Positions 36,138 through 48,200 of a stretch of DNA of 64,000 nucleotides are shown here, piece by piece. Every line of letters starts with the position of its first letter. Positions within the stretch are counted from its first letter, which is position 1. Source of the DNA: Anthoceros angustus. Taxonomy: Eukaryota > Plantae > Anthocerotophyta. The notes below the pieces were generated by a model. It did not search any database. It saw nothing but the letters and a program-made list of their open reading frames with translations, and was not told the DNA's origin. Location of the stretch: contig MU008162.1 in assembly GCA_010909165.1 (NCBI GenBank), positions 310,001 to 374,000 on the forward strand, in the 5' to 3' direction. The position numbers and the translations under genes are program-made.

Positions 36138-39100
36138 TGCAACCTATAGCATCATCAGCAGCATTGTTTGCTCTGATACCATAACAAAAATAAGGAATGC
36201 TGAAGGTATGTCAAGGCAGCTTGACATTGCGTACACAAGAGCCAGAAACCTCAAGAGCAATAATCAAAAATGTATTTTGTGTATTGAGAAGTAACAACGA
36301 GTCATTTATATAGGCTAAACCTAATACGTCTAGGTTAACATTAATATACCTAACGTATATTTTTCATAGCCACGAGCCTTGCTTTGTATCTCGCCACTTG
36401 TCCTTGTGCATTAAGCTTGATTTTAAAAACCCACTTACAGCTGATTGCCTTTCTTCCAGGTGGGAGGTCTGCAAGTGCCCAAGTCTCGTTTTTAATGAGA
36501 GATTGGTACTGTCCTCCACCGCAGCCTTCCAATCGCTCACCTGTGGACCAAGAAAGGCCCCGCTGTAAAGTGGTAGGCTCATCCGGAATATCGTGGCTAG
36601 CTGAGCTGGCGCAACTTTAGCAAAAGAGGTTCTACGAAAATCAATAGACTGGTAGCGGGGCTCTGCCCATTGGTCGGGAGGGGGCCTGTGACGAGTAGAA
36701 CGTCGGCAGCTCCTCCGGTGGCTCGCCGCCAGGGCAGCATCAACATGATCATCAAGCGCATTAAGAGCATCCCCCTCGTTATGCGGAATGGGAGAGCATC
36801 CCCCTCGTCATCTGGAGGGTAGTGATCGCCCAAATCAAGATCCGGGTCATCCTGCAGATTGAAGTTGTCGTGATGACCAGTAGCAACATCAGGGTGAGGC
36901 ACGTCAAGTGCGAGGTGGTTGATCATCGGCAAGAATATCATCGGTGTTCAACCGCGAAATCCTCCACCGGACAATATCTTCGTGATCCATATCGTCAAGA
37001 GGGTAAGTGGAAGCAGCCCCTCATTCTCCAAGTCATCCAGTGTCTTTTTCGAGATGTTCGAATCAAGTATCTGCCCCTCAGATAGGATTGTGGAGCAGGG
37101 CTTGTGGCTCAAGGAAAGTCACACCGAGCAAGCAACATGGATCCAGTTAGGATTGTATGCCTTGTAGGCTTTAGTTAGTTCCTTGTACCCAACAAAACGC
37201 AAACCTTGTGCTCGAGGGTCAAGTTTCCGCCTTTTCTCAATGTATGTAAGCAAATGCCTGATCCAAACACCCGCAGATGTAGCGTGATGGTTTCTTGCGC
37301 CAAAAGACCTCATAAGGTGTTTTGTTGGGAATCGAACTTGTCAATATCCTGTTAAGGATGTAGGTTGCTGTCACCACAGCCTCCGCCCAATAACCTTGAG
37401 GTAAACCTGCCCAGATGAGCATGCTTCTAGTCATCCCGAGTAGAGTTTGATTTTTGTGTTCTGACACACCATTCTGTTGGGGTGTGTAGGGAACCATAAG
37501 CTGCCTGAGAATTCCATGCTCCTGGAGAAGACTGTCAAAAGATGAGTTGACGAACTCCGTGCCATTGTCAGTCCTTAGAGTTTTGACCAGCATTCCAGAT
37601 TGCCTTTGTGCGATTTGAAGCCAGTCCTTAAAATACTCAAAAGTTTCACTCTTTAGGCGCATGGGGAATGTCCATGTATACCTACTATAATCATCTGTTA
37701 ATGTGAAAAAGTATTGAGATCCACCCAAAGATGGGGAATGGATCTTGCCTGAGATATCTGCATGGACTAACTCAAGTACTTGTGTGGCTCTTTGTGCAGT
37801 GCATTCGGAAAGGGTAATTCCTTCGCTTAGCTAGAATGCACGACTCACATTGAGGTAAATTTTAAAACACTTGGGCGGGGTTCTCGTGACACTGTAATGG
37901 ACATATCAATCAATTTTTCTCACATGTCCTAGTCTCGCATGCCACAAGACCGCTCCTTTCGGGAGGAGGTACCAGTGGAGTGTACAACATGTTGACTAGC
38001 TTCTGTTGTGAGCAGGTTATGTCCAAGCGGTAAAGGGAGTTATCTAAAATCCCTTAAAGACACACCTACTAGGAGATTCCTTTCTATAAAACAAGCGGCT
38101 TAGAATCGATACATAGTGAAGGTGGGCGCATGAGTCGACTCATCGACATGAGGTTTTTAGCCATGCTAGGTACGAAGAGAACATCTTCGATGGTGAGGTC
38201 TGTTATCTTCGGATGGAAAACACACGTGCCTCGCCTTCAATATGCAGACTAGTTCTAGGCGCTCATCACCAAGGAGTACCTTTTCATGGACATGAACAAG
38301 GTTGAGTGAGGTAAACAACTCCCTCTTTTTGCAGATGTGTGTGGTAGCCCCGGAGTCGAGGTACCAGCTCTCATCATCATGTGTCGAGCTTGACAAACAT
38401 ATGGTGAGGATCTTGACTGGCGCCTTTTCAGCAGGTTTGTCCTTCACTGCAACACTTGCAGCAGGTTTAGCCTGCTTCTGGGGCTCACCAGCTTTACGCT
38501 TGCGACACTCGCGTGCCCAGTGGCCAGGTATGCCACACCAGTTGCATGTGCCTGGTCGTTTAGAACTTGAAGATTCAGTCCTATCCTTGGCTTGTCCTGG
38601 GAAATTTCCCCCTCTGAATTTGCCCTTTCCTTTAGGGCGAAAATTCACAGCGAAAACCTTTTCCCCTTTGGATTGCTTGTGCAGCAGATGCCAAACGAGT
38701 TTGCTCTTCTTGGTAGAGAGCTCCGATCGTGTCCTCCATGGTAATGGGGCAGCGGTATCACGGCAATCAGCAGACCGATCTGGAAACTTGTAACGAAAGA
38801 TTGATAAGAGGGTGGTGGTGAGGAGTTGGGAGATAGCTTCGACTCATCATTTGTGTTTTGGTGATGGATGAATTTGTGCTCAAGGTGGCGAAACTTGCTG
38901 GTATGTGCGACCATTTTGTCTCCTTCCTTCATGCGTAAAGTGTAGAATTCCATGCAACTGTGACAATGTGGCCATTGTAGTGGTGTGATAGGTCTTTTCC
39001 AGCTGATCCCAGATGTCCTCCGCGTTGCAAGAAATTCTACATTAGGGATAAGTGCGGCATCCCATTGACAATGACCATAGCAACTCCATTATTGTGCTCC

Positions 39101-40461
39101 CACTTGGCATACTCGGGTTTAGATTGTGGGTCGGGTTTGAGAGAACCATCAACACTAGACCCATACACCACGCTATAAGTATGGTTTTCATCCGGACACG
39201 CCAGATTGAGTAGCGACCTCTAAACTGTCCTTGTCCTTTACATCCGAACTAAAAGAGACAAAATGAGTGGCCATGTTGATCCGGGGTTTGGGTTGCGAGG
39301 CTCAAGTTATTGAAGGCGTTGATCAATGCATTCAATTTGTGGACATAAGGCACCTAAAGACAAAAACTATGGTAGTTCTTTGGGCGGTAAGTGCTCTTAT
39401 GCTCAAGCGCTAGACTATGTCTCTTGCAGACTAACAATGCGTGTCCAGGGGGCAGGTGAGGTGGCGGCTGAGGGGGGTAAATCTGACGTATCTAATCCCT
39501 CACAGGCTAGCTCCTCATCCACCTTCCTAGGTCTTGGCAGTGTGAACAGACACCTCCTTTCAAGAAGAACGTTTAAGTTACATCGTTAGGGTTTCAGACC
39601 AACATTTGCATGACATTTCAAGTCACAAGAAAATATGCTCAAAAAAACAAAACCCTAACTGTCATGTCCCTTGCCTGTGAACAGGTGCAGCTCTACACAA
39701 GAACCTATCAGCACACAAGAAGAGAGATTAAACGAAAAGGCACCGTCTAAAAGGTGACGCTTCAGATCTGAGCAGAAAAGTGCTCCTGCTCCAGGGCGCT
39801 CCGCTCAATGGCAGCGGAAGATCTCACAAAGCAAGAATGGGCTGATCATCATCAGCATGTGGGCACCCAAGCTCCAATTCGGATTTTTAGGTGCATCATT
39901 CGCAAGAATTCGAGATAAGTCATTGATGTCCTCACAATTTCGTTCTTGCAAGTTGAAATTGCTTGCTCGTGTCGATCAAGAGTCTCCACTCATTCTTGAG
40001 AATCTCCTGGTTGGAAAGTGATAGGACAACACTTTTCCACATCGAATAGCATGTGCTCTATCGACAATGTTTGACCAGCGATTTGTCTTTGTGTGTGCAG
40101 GTGGGGCCGACGGAAGATTCAGCCGTCAGGCGTCGAATGTCGAGGCGGTCTGAGAATTTGTTGGAGGTAGAATAGGTCGGGATTCGCCCCTTCAGCAGCT
40201 CCAGAGCCTGTCAATTTGTTGGTTCCTATTCAACTCCCAAGATGGGCGGTGGTATCCCTTTGAGCAATGAATCAGCTGCCAAAGACGCAGGGTAATCGTG
40301 TTCATAAAGGTCAAGCACCGTATCAAAATGGTGCTATATTTTGTCTTGGTGGGCGTCCCTCACGGCGTTGTCTTTGTGATGATCCACGCGTAAACCTCTA
40401 TTAGATCCTCTCGGCATTTTTAAGAGAATCACTCAAGAACCAAAGCATGGCTCTGATACCA

Positions 40462-40633
40462 TAAGGAGGTTGAGCGGAGCGAGAGCGTAGAGAAACTCTA
40501 GTAGTTAAAATTACAATAATGAGCATAACAAAATTGTTTAAATACTATGTACGTGTCTATTCACTAAGACAACCCTAATCCATATAACACAAAGATTATT
40601 AACTGTGCATTAGGTTTAACTCCTGCGCTAACA
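40462..40633 (-). repeat. 5' LTR of Copia A
   Basis: Direct repeat of 18682-18853, followed on the element strand by the iMet PBS. Confidence 0.95.
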
Positions 40634-41200
40634 AAAAGTAGCATGGCCCTCCTGCTCCATTGGTCCATACAAACCAAGCGCCTCTTGGCGTGCATACCCA
40701 CCAATCAGGGCAATCCATGTCACCACATCCTTTGTGGCCATGCTGTCAAAAACCCGGCCGCCGTGCATCTTTCAGTTCACCAAATTTTGCATAAATGTGG
40801 AAAAGGCAGGTGACCACCTGCATGTCATCCAGCAGTCCCTCTTTCAACAATCATTGAGTGCATGAGCTGCCTGCCCTTCTGTAAGGCACCAGTGCTTACA
40901 AGGCCTTGAGAAGGCAGGCCAAAGTAACAAGATTACACAAAATCAGCCCCTGCTGCTCCATTTGTCCATACATACAAAACAAGTGCCTCATATCCGAGCC
41001 CTTGCTCGACATACTCAGCTATCAGTGCATTCCATGTCACCAGGTTCTGTGTTCATGCAGGCCATCAAAAGTCTGGCGTGCATGTTTCAGTCCATCACAT
41101 TTTGCATACCTAGATACCAGGGCATTCCATGTCACCACACTCAGCTTAGCAAGTTGAAGATGTAGGCCTTGCTGTCAAAAACTTGGCGTGGCGAGCAAGC
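40634..41200 (-). pseudogene. 5' part of the degenerate PLS-class PPR gene
   Basis: ARQVFD, VVTWNALVSRYAKC, NLVTWNALIAEY, LLKA..GALQKGRQL and YAKFGELKDA..VFDSMATKDVVTWIALIGGY motifs with frameshifts. Confidence 0.8.
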
Positions 41201-41254
41201 TTGCCAGCAAGTCTTGACTTGGCCCGCGTCACCTAGGATGGGTAAGGTGTCCGG

Positions 41255-41690
41255 GTAGTCGTTTACAACGTCATTTACAACGTTGGCTCGTTTACAACCT
41301 AAATGACAACGCCATTTACAACGTGGTTGCCTTGTAATCTAGGTTGTAAAATAGGTTGTTAATAGGAGGTTGTAATCGGCGATAACTAGGTTGTAAAGTG
41401 GGTCTATTTACAATGTACAATATACATTACAACCTCATTTACAACCTTCAAACACCCTTACTTTAGCGTCATTTACAGCGTCATTTAGCGTCGTTTACAA
41501 TGGTTTGCAGCGTGGTTTACAAGCGTGGTTTACAAGCGTGGTTTAGCGTGGTTTGCAACCTCATTTACAACGTCATTTACAACCTCATTTACAACCTCAA
41601 AATTCACGAATCGCTAGTTTACAACACAATCTACAAGGTAGATTACAACTTGAAAAATTCACGTCTCAATGATTTACAACGTTGTTTATA
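41255..41690. repeat. Dense array of TTTACAAC/GTTGTAA motifs in both orientations (possible DNA-transposon subterminal repeats)
   Basis: Many copies of the motif, with more at ~42725-42780. No matching opposite TIR was found. Confidence 0.6.
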
Positions 41691-42278
41691 CATTAAAATA
41701 TATTATTCTACAAAATAGTATACATCTCTTTTCATACATACGAAACATAAGGTATACTATATGGTATCATATATCGAAGATCAAATTATACATATCATAC
41801 AATACAATACTCTTTATACAATATATGATAATATTGACAAAATAATTATTGAATTAAATAAATAGGTATCTAATTAAGATTATAAATCTATGAATTTAAT
41901 AATGTAATTAATTATATATCCATTCCATTTAAATCCTAATTTTTGGGCAGTATATATACATATTATTTTAACTAAATTTGGCCCCTAATTAGGGACCAGA
42001 TTTACATAAAATATGCATACATAATATCTTAAAATTAGGATAAATGAAGGCAATATATATTGTAACATAATCCGCGCCTTGTAAGTTCGCGATCTTTACA
42101 AGGCGGTGCATCTAGAATGCTTGCACTTGAAGGTTGTGATGATCCTCCTACTAGATATTCTCCCGGATTTGAAGGCCATCATATGTGCGGTCAAAACAAC
42201 ATGCATGTGAAGAGGAATATAAGATGCAAGTCAAAAATCCAATAGAGCCAAAGCGAGATTAGCTTACATGACACACTT

Positions 42279-42432
42279 GACACACCACAAGGCCCCACCA
42301 AAATGGTAAAGAACTTGACACACCACAAGCAGCTGCACCAAAATGGTAAAGAACTTGATACACCACAAGAAGCCCCACCAAAATGGTAAAGAACTTGACA
42401 CGCCACAAGCAGCCCCATCAAAATGATGAAGA
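42279..42432. repeat. ~40-bp tandem repeat x4 (GACACACCACAAG...CACCAAAATGGTAAAGAACTT)
   Basis: Directly visible units of 38-40 bp. Confidence 0.9.
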
Positions 42433-42799
42433 AAAGTCGGGTCTAGAGCACACCTTCCACCAAAATGTCTACCCCAAAGCTTTAGCTAGATTCCTCAACC
42501 TCCTCAAGTAGCTTAGGCACACCATGGTACAAGTTGTTAAGTACCAAGTCCCATGACGGAAATCCGTCCTTAGTGGACTTAAATAGAATTCTTCTTCTTC
42601 TTCTCCTCCAGGAGCAAAATCACGTCATCAATTGCTATTGTAAATGGCCTCCTATCATATTTTTTGTGATTAATAACAATAATAAAGAGTTTAAAAAAAT
42701 AAAGAACACATTTTGAGAAAAATACTTTACAACGTAATCTACAACAAGGGAGCCATGTCATCAATCGCTGTTGTAAATTTAAGCGCCTCGTCTTTCATC

Positions 42800-43620
42800 T
42801 GCCGGTTTGTCGGGAATGGTGTTCGAACACCTTAGGGACCTCTTTCTCCCCGAAGATCCATCTAGCGGCTTTCCAGAGCTCTTTTTCTCCGGGCCGTGGA
42901 GAGATGCCTCACCGATTTCGTCTTTTGACTAGTAGGCTTGTCGCTATGGACAAGCTCGCCTCGCCTCGGGCGCGCCCACTGCGGGTTGGGGGAGGCCTTG
43001 CGGCTACTCACCAGACTATCGCCCTGGCTGCCGCCTCCCTTCTCCAGCATGACCCCTTCAATTTGGCATTGCCACTCCGGGTGCAGTAGTAGGGGTAAAG
43101 CTTGCCTTGATACCCACCCGGATTGGGTAGTCTTACTGTGGATGTCGAGAACGCCTTCACCATTTCCCGAGCGTCATCTTTGAGGAGCTTAGGGATGTCA
43201 AGCGGCCCTAGGGAGTCTTATACCTTTGTCCGTGCTTCTACGGGAGGTCCTCCAACCTCTACTACCAAAGACAAGAACGTCTCTTCGTGTTTCGGCCGCT
43301 CAGGTCTTGAATCGTGCCCAGTACTGTGCAAGGCGACCCGCTAGGCGGGCTCTCTTCGCTATTGCTCACTATCGGCCCGGGCCTCCTCTCCCATGTACGG
43401 TGTCTTCCCCTATGGCGCACGATTCTCACATCCTCGGGCCCGGGACAAAGTCAAGGAGGCCTTTGAGATATTCTCTTCCGAGCCAGGGCTTGAAGGTCAA
43501 GATGTCCAAGTCCGCTTGGTCTCCGCGTGGGATCGTGCCTACTCTGCAGCGGGAGATTGCCCGCCTTGGTCTCAGTTCTTGGGGTCCCTGGTCCCCCGAC
43601 TTCATTGGGAGCTTCCCTGA
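42800..43620 (+). mobile_element. CRE-type non-LTR retrotransposon reverse transcriptase fragment
   Basis: Across frameshifts: LVAMDK..RPLRVG/EALR, QFGIA, VDVENAF.ISR, QGDPLG.LLFAIAH, a YADD-like motif followed by HILGP, and WSP.G. Confidence 0.75.
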
Positions 43621-43624
43621 CAAG

Positions 43625-44290
43625 GCTGGGCTATGCACTTCGGGAGTTAGGAAATAAGTAGGGTTTCGCTTTTTAGGATTGAAGGATAAATAAGGCGGAA
43701 GGGGAGGAATAAATTGGGGTAGCGCTTGGACGAGGCTCCGAGTATACTCCTGGAGTGAACAACGGACCCCGTACCACTATGGCAAGTTCTGGGACTACGC
43801 CGTAATGCATAAGTCCGGAACCCACCCCAGTCAAAATAGGATAAATGCAGTAACCTAGGGGTGGGCGTGAGGACGAGGCGGGCGCCACGTGACGGCCCCG
43901 AGTGGAGGTCGGGCATGCGAGCTGAGCCTGCCGTGGCTTGCCGATGGGTGGGGTATTGGCCAGCAGCTGCCGCGCGTAAGGCAGTAAGCGGGCGTAAGGT
44001 CGAGTAAGCCATGCACTCGCGATTCTACGGACAACGAAGGCGCCTTCCGCCTGGCCAGATTACTTCCACAAGCGCGCTAGGAGCGGAGGGGTCCGCAGCA
44101 GCCCATCTCGGGTCTCACAAGTGAAGGCAAAAGAGCTTGCTCCGACCCCCTCACCTCCTCCAGCCCAGGAGAAAGAGGGCACAAAGGAGTTAGAGGCCAA
44201 GAGGGCCAAAGGGTGAGACTCGGGACCTCACTCACTCGTGACCGAGGGTCCCGATTAGGTCCGAGAACCCGGCCCTGAGAACCCGGACCG
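43625..44290 (+). mobile_element. Internally deleted fragment of the Gypsy LTR
   Basis: 43625-44100 matches the LTR start (45295-45760) and is joined to a piece matching ~46950-47115. Confidence 0.8.
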
Positions 44291-45289
44291 ACATGGGTTG
44301 ACTCCGGTCCTTACAAGGAGGGATCTCGAGAAATGCCTGCCCCATAGGTGGGGTGGCGCTTGGACGGGGCTCGGGGTATACTCGGACTCAGGTGAACAAT
44401 GGATGGGTGACTCGCCAACTCGTGTCTGCGGTGGTGGGATTAGGATTTTGGATTCTGCTGAGCAGGAAGTTGGATCATATGGCGGACCACTTCTGGTCTT
44501 TCTTCATGAGGTGGTTAAAGGTACACAAATCGATTGGGGCGGATGATCTTTGAGAGAGCGTGAGGAGAGGCGAATTTGCTCTCCTTCCCTCGGCCCTCCT
44601 TGATTTCACCTTTTCTAATTCATGTATTCGCGCATTAGGGTGTCTAGAGTTGGAGTACGCCTTCATAGGAAACGGTCGGGGAACTCAAGGTAGAGGAGGA
44701 GGTGTAAGGAGGATTAGGAAGGATTCAGTTGAGTCGCCTCCCTAGAAGATTCGGATGAAGGTGGGGAGGTTTCCAAGGGCAAGCGGAGGCGGCTGAGCAG
44801 TCGGCGAAGAAGGAAGGACAGCGAAGAGGAACCTGACACACCTAGGGTCACGGTGAAATCGGCAGCGAGGCAGTGAAGGAGGAGAAAATAAAGGGAAGCG
44901 ACAAGTTGTTCCCCTCGGTGCGGAGGAGTCAGCTGCCGCTAGGAGGAGGCGGATGAGGAAGTAGTGGCAAACCAACCCCTAGAAGAAGAGGTTAGTTTCG
45001 ATAGCCAAATCCATGACAGACTCCGGAACATTTTAGCGACATTTCAACGACCGGCCGTGAAGTGGAGATAGGTGACACCGCGTGCGAGGTGTTGTGGAGG
45101 GAATGGGCACGGGCGGATTGAATCTGCGGCCCGGCCATGGCTCGCGAGGCGGATCTCCTCGACCCGGTGCCATGGCTCTCACAGGCGAGTGTGCGGGGAC
45201 AACGCGGAAAAGTTGCTCAAGGAAAGTTGGAGAGCCTAGAAGGCGAGAACAAGGTGGCAGAGCCTTGACGGAATGCGAAGGCGGCCCTA

Positions 45290-48200
45290 TGTAAGTGGGC
45301 TATACACTTCCACAGGAGTTAGGAAATAAGTAGGGTTTCTGTTTTTAGGATTGAAGGATAAATAAAGGCGGAAAGGAGGAATAAATTGGGGTAGCGCTTG
45401 GACGAGGCTCGGAGTATACTCCGGACTGAGTGAACAACGGAACTATTGGCAAGCTCCGGACTACGCCGAGTAACGGGATAAGTCCGGAACCCACCTGTGT
45501 CAAACAGCACGGTGAAAGTAACCTAGGAGCGGAGGCGTGAGGATGACGAGGCGGCGCCACGTGACGGCCCCGAGTGGAGGTCGGGCATGCGAGGCCAGAC
45601 TGTTTTGCTGCAGGCCGTTAAGGCAGTATTCACGCCGCCGCGCGCGTAAGGCCGCAGTAAGCGAAGGGTCGAGAGCCATGCACTCGCGCCACGGACAACG
45701 GCAGGCGCCTTCCGCCAGCAGCATTTCCACAAGCGCGCCAAGGAGGGAGGTCATGCCGCAGCCTCCGCATAATCCTCACTTGCGCCCGCAATCCGGCTCG
45801 CGCTTTTGGGCGCCACCAGAGCGTGGCGCATCACAAGGTTGGAGCAGCGAACGCGGCGAGGAACATCGTGCCGGACTCGCCACAGCAAAGAACAAGAGGA
45901 GGAGAAGCAATGGCACCCAAAAGCCGACGGAAGTCTGGGAGCCATGGACCTCGTGGAGCGCAACATTGTGACCCGCTATCCGGACTTCGGGCCCGGCCGG
46001 AGGAAGCAGGGAATTGGTGCAGAGGCATCTGACGTGTTCCAAATGGTCTCGGACCTTTGACAACGCTACTGAAGATGCCGGCGATCAACAAGGAGGTCCG
46101 ATCCAAGAACCTCCGGAGGACTCGAGGCGATGGACCTTGAGGTCCCGAGGATGGCCTACAACCGCCCAAGGAGGAAGAAGGGGCGGTGCCGAGCCCCTTA
46201 AGGCGGGGAAGATAGGGCGCCACGCGGCGGAGGCTCGAACGCAGCGGACAACCAACGGATGGTTGATATCCGATCCGCCGATACCGAGTAAGGGCGGTAG
46301 CCGGATCATTGTCCATTGAACTCGCCACCAAGGTGGATCACCTTGGTGATAACTTGGTATTCTCGCATGCGCCCAAGGAAAGAGCGACTGGGAAGGATTA
46401 TCTTCGCCTGGTGAGGCACGAAGCTAAGGAGCGAGAAGCCCCATCGCCGACCATACCGATTCATGTATGGGGACATTTCGAGCCCTCAAGGAGGGAGAGC
46501 TTGAGCGGGCGCCCAAGGGCCGGAGGCCCCGCCAAGTAGAGCGTGCAAGGGCGCTGAGGTGGGGGTCGCCCTTCAAGACCAAGCGGACTCGGAGGAGGAC
46601 GATCGAGGGATTCCTGACTCACGTCTGAGCGAACCCCTCACCACCTGAAGTTTGGGAGGCGATTCCCCTTCCTCCTTTTGGTGCCCTCCGAGCGGCATGG
46701 AGGGAGCCGATGCCGAGGGCGTTGGCGCACCGGCTGCAAATTAACAACCACGACGGGCCGAGCCCCGACGAACTCAGGGAGCCAAGAGGCGGAAGACGGT
46801 GCCGCTTACCAACGCAAAGACCTCGAAGGTGCCGACTTACCCCGCCCACGGAGTGGCAAGAGGTCAAGAGGCGAAGGAGGGTGAAAGGGACGTGGCCCAA
46901 GGAGCTGGAGGTCAGGCAGCAGCCCACCCCGAGCCGGCCCTGCCCCCGGGTGAAGGGGCAAAAGAGCTTGCTCCCGACCCCCTCCTCCGAGCCCTGTGAG
47001 AAAGAGGGCACAAAGGAGTTAGAGGCCAAGAGGGCCAAAGAGGGTGAGACTCGACCACCACTCGTGACCCGAGGGTCCCGATTAGGTCCGAGAACCCACC
47101 GACTTACCCCGGACCGCGGGTATGGAGGTCCTTGGCGGATCGAGAATGCCGGCCCCACTACGGACTTTGTGGGGCCTCAAGGCCGTGGAAGAAACACGGC
47201 GAAGTCTCACTATGGACGGAATGCTTTGGGGTCTCGTGGTACAATGAGAAGACCTGTGGAAGTGGAGGCCACCCGAGGAGGATGGTGGAACCCAAGAGCA
47301 AGTGAAGGCGGCCGAGGCAAAGGAAAGGCGGAGTCCCTCGCCGGATCGAGGAAGGGAAACGCCGGTGGCGGAGCGAGGCCCGTTCAGCAGACTGGGTTAA
47401 GGTTCTTCACCAGGCGAAACAAGCAAGCTGGGAGGCCCAAGCGGGCGGAGGACCTTGCTGCGAAGAGGGAAGCGCAGCAGAGGCGGAAGAGGCCCGGGCA
47501 CAAGAGAGAGCTGGACCGGCGGAGGCGGCCCGGCCAGAGCAAGCCAAGTGGGCGGCCCGTAAAGGCGGCGGCGAGCTCGTGCAAAGAGCGACCGGGATCA
47601 CTACACGTGATCGGAACCGGTGGAGAGAGTCGCAGTACCGAGGCTAACTGGCCGCCGCAGCGTGGGAGGTGAAGGGAGGCCGCACTGGGAGATAGGGGAT
47701 CTCCGAGCACACCGGCAGGAGGAGAGGCGGCAGATGGAGGATGAAGGACACTGGAGCTACAACCCAAGATGCGTGAGCGCAGTGATTCTCAACGAGAATC
47801 CACGACTCGAGCACGAAATAGAGTGCCTCGCTCCGTCAAGACGGAGGAAAATCGGCGACTATCCAAGGAGTTGGACGCTGCCTGCTGAGGGGAGGAAGTC
47901 CGAGCCTGGACGGAGGTATCTCGACCGGAGAGGGAGTCATGAAAAGGCCGAATGAACGGGAGCGAGCACCGGAAGCGTAAAAGAAGCCGCTGGTCCACCG
48001 AGAAAGGCGGAAGCGCTATGTAAGCGGGCGGCGGAGGGAAACGGAGGAGCAGTGAGCAACAATGCAGGGAGGTGACCGAGGCCGCCTTGTAGCCTCACGT
48101 GATACCCACACAACGGAGAGGTGGCCCAACAAAGCAAGACGCCTCCCTAACACTTATGGCGGAGGGAGTATCGGCCCGCACACGTGGAAGAGGCAATTCA

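Larger units (their letters stand above)
20875..36368 (-). mobile_element. Ty1/Copia element B, inserted in RT of element A
   Basis: 187-bp LTRs at 20875-21061 and 36182-36368 (3 mismatches), TSD GCCAC (20870-20874, 36369-36373), PBS 36170-36181, PPT GTGGGAG at 21062-21068, near-intact gag-pol. Confidence 0.96.
18682..40633 (-). mobile_element. Ty1/Copia element A (outermost; hosts B and C)
   Basis: 172-bp LTRs at 18682-18853 and 40462-40633 (2 mismatches), iMet PBS TGGTATCAGAGC at 40450-40461, PPT at 18854-18860. Gag CNWCGIPGHWAREC, PR WYLDSGAT, INT LRTDNGTEF..PQQNG, RT YVDD, RNaseH FHARTKHIEVQHH. Confidence 0.95.

Noticed and set aside
42279-42432. CRISPR-like appearance of the 40-bp repeats
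   Set aside because: No unique spacers and no cas genes; this is a eukaryotic minisatellite.
44300-45289. GC-rich segment between the LTR fragment and the 5' LTR
   Set aside because: Probably TE-derived, but no domain could be assigned.
45285-45289. TSD of the Gypsy element
   Set aside because: The left flank CCCTA does not match the right flank AAATG. Recombination or mis-assembly is possible.
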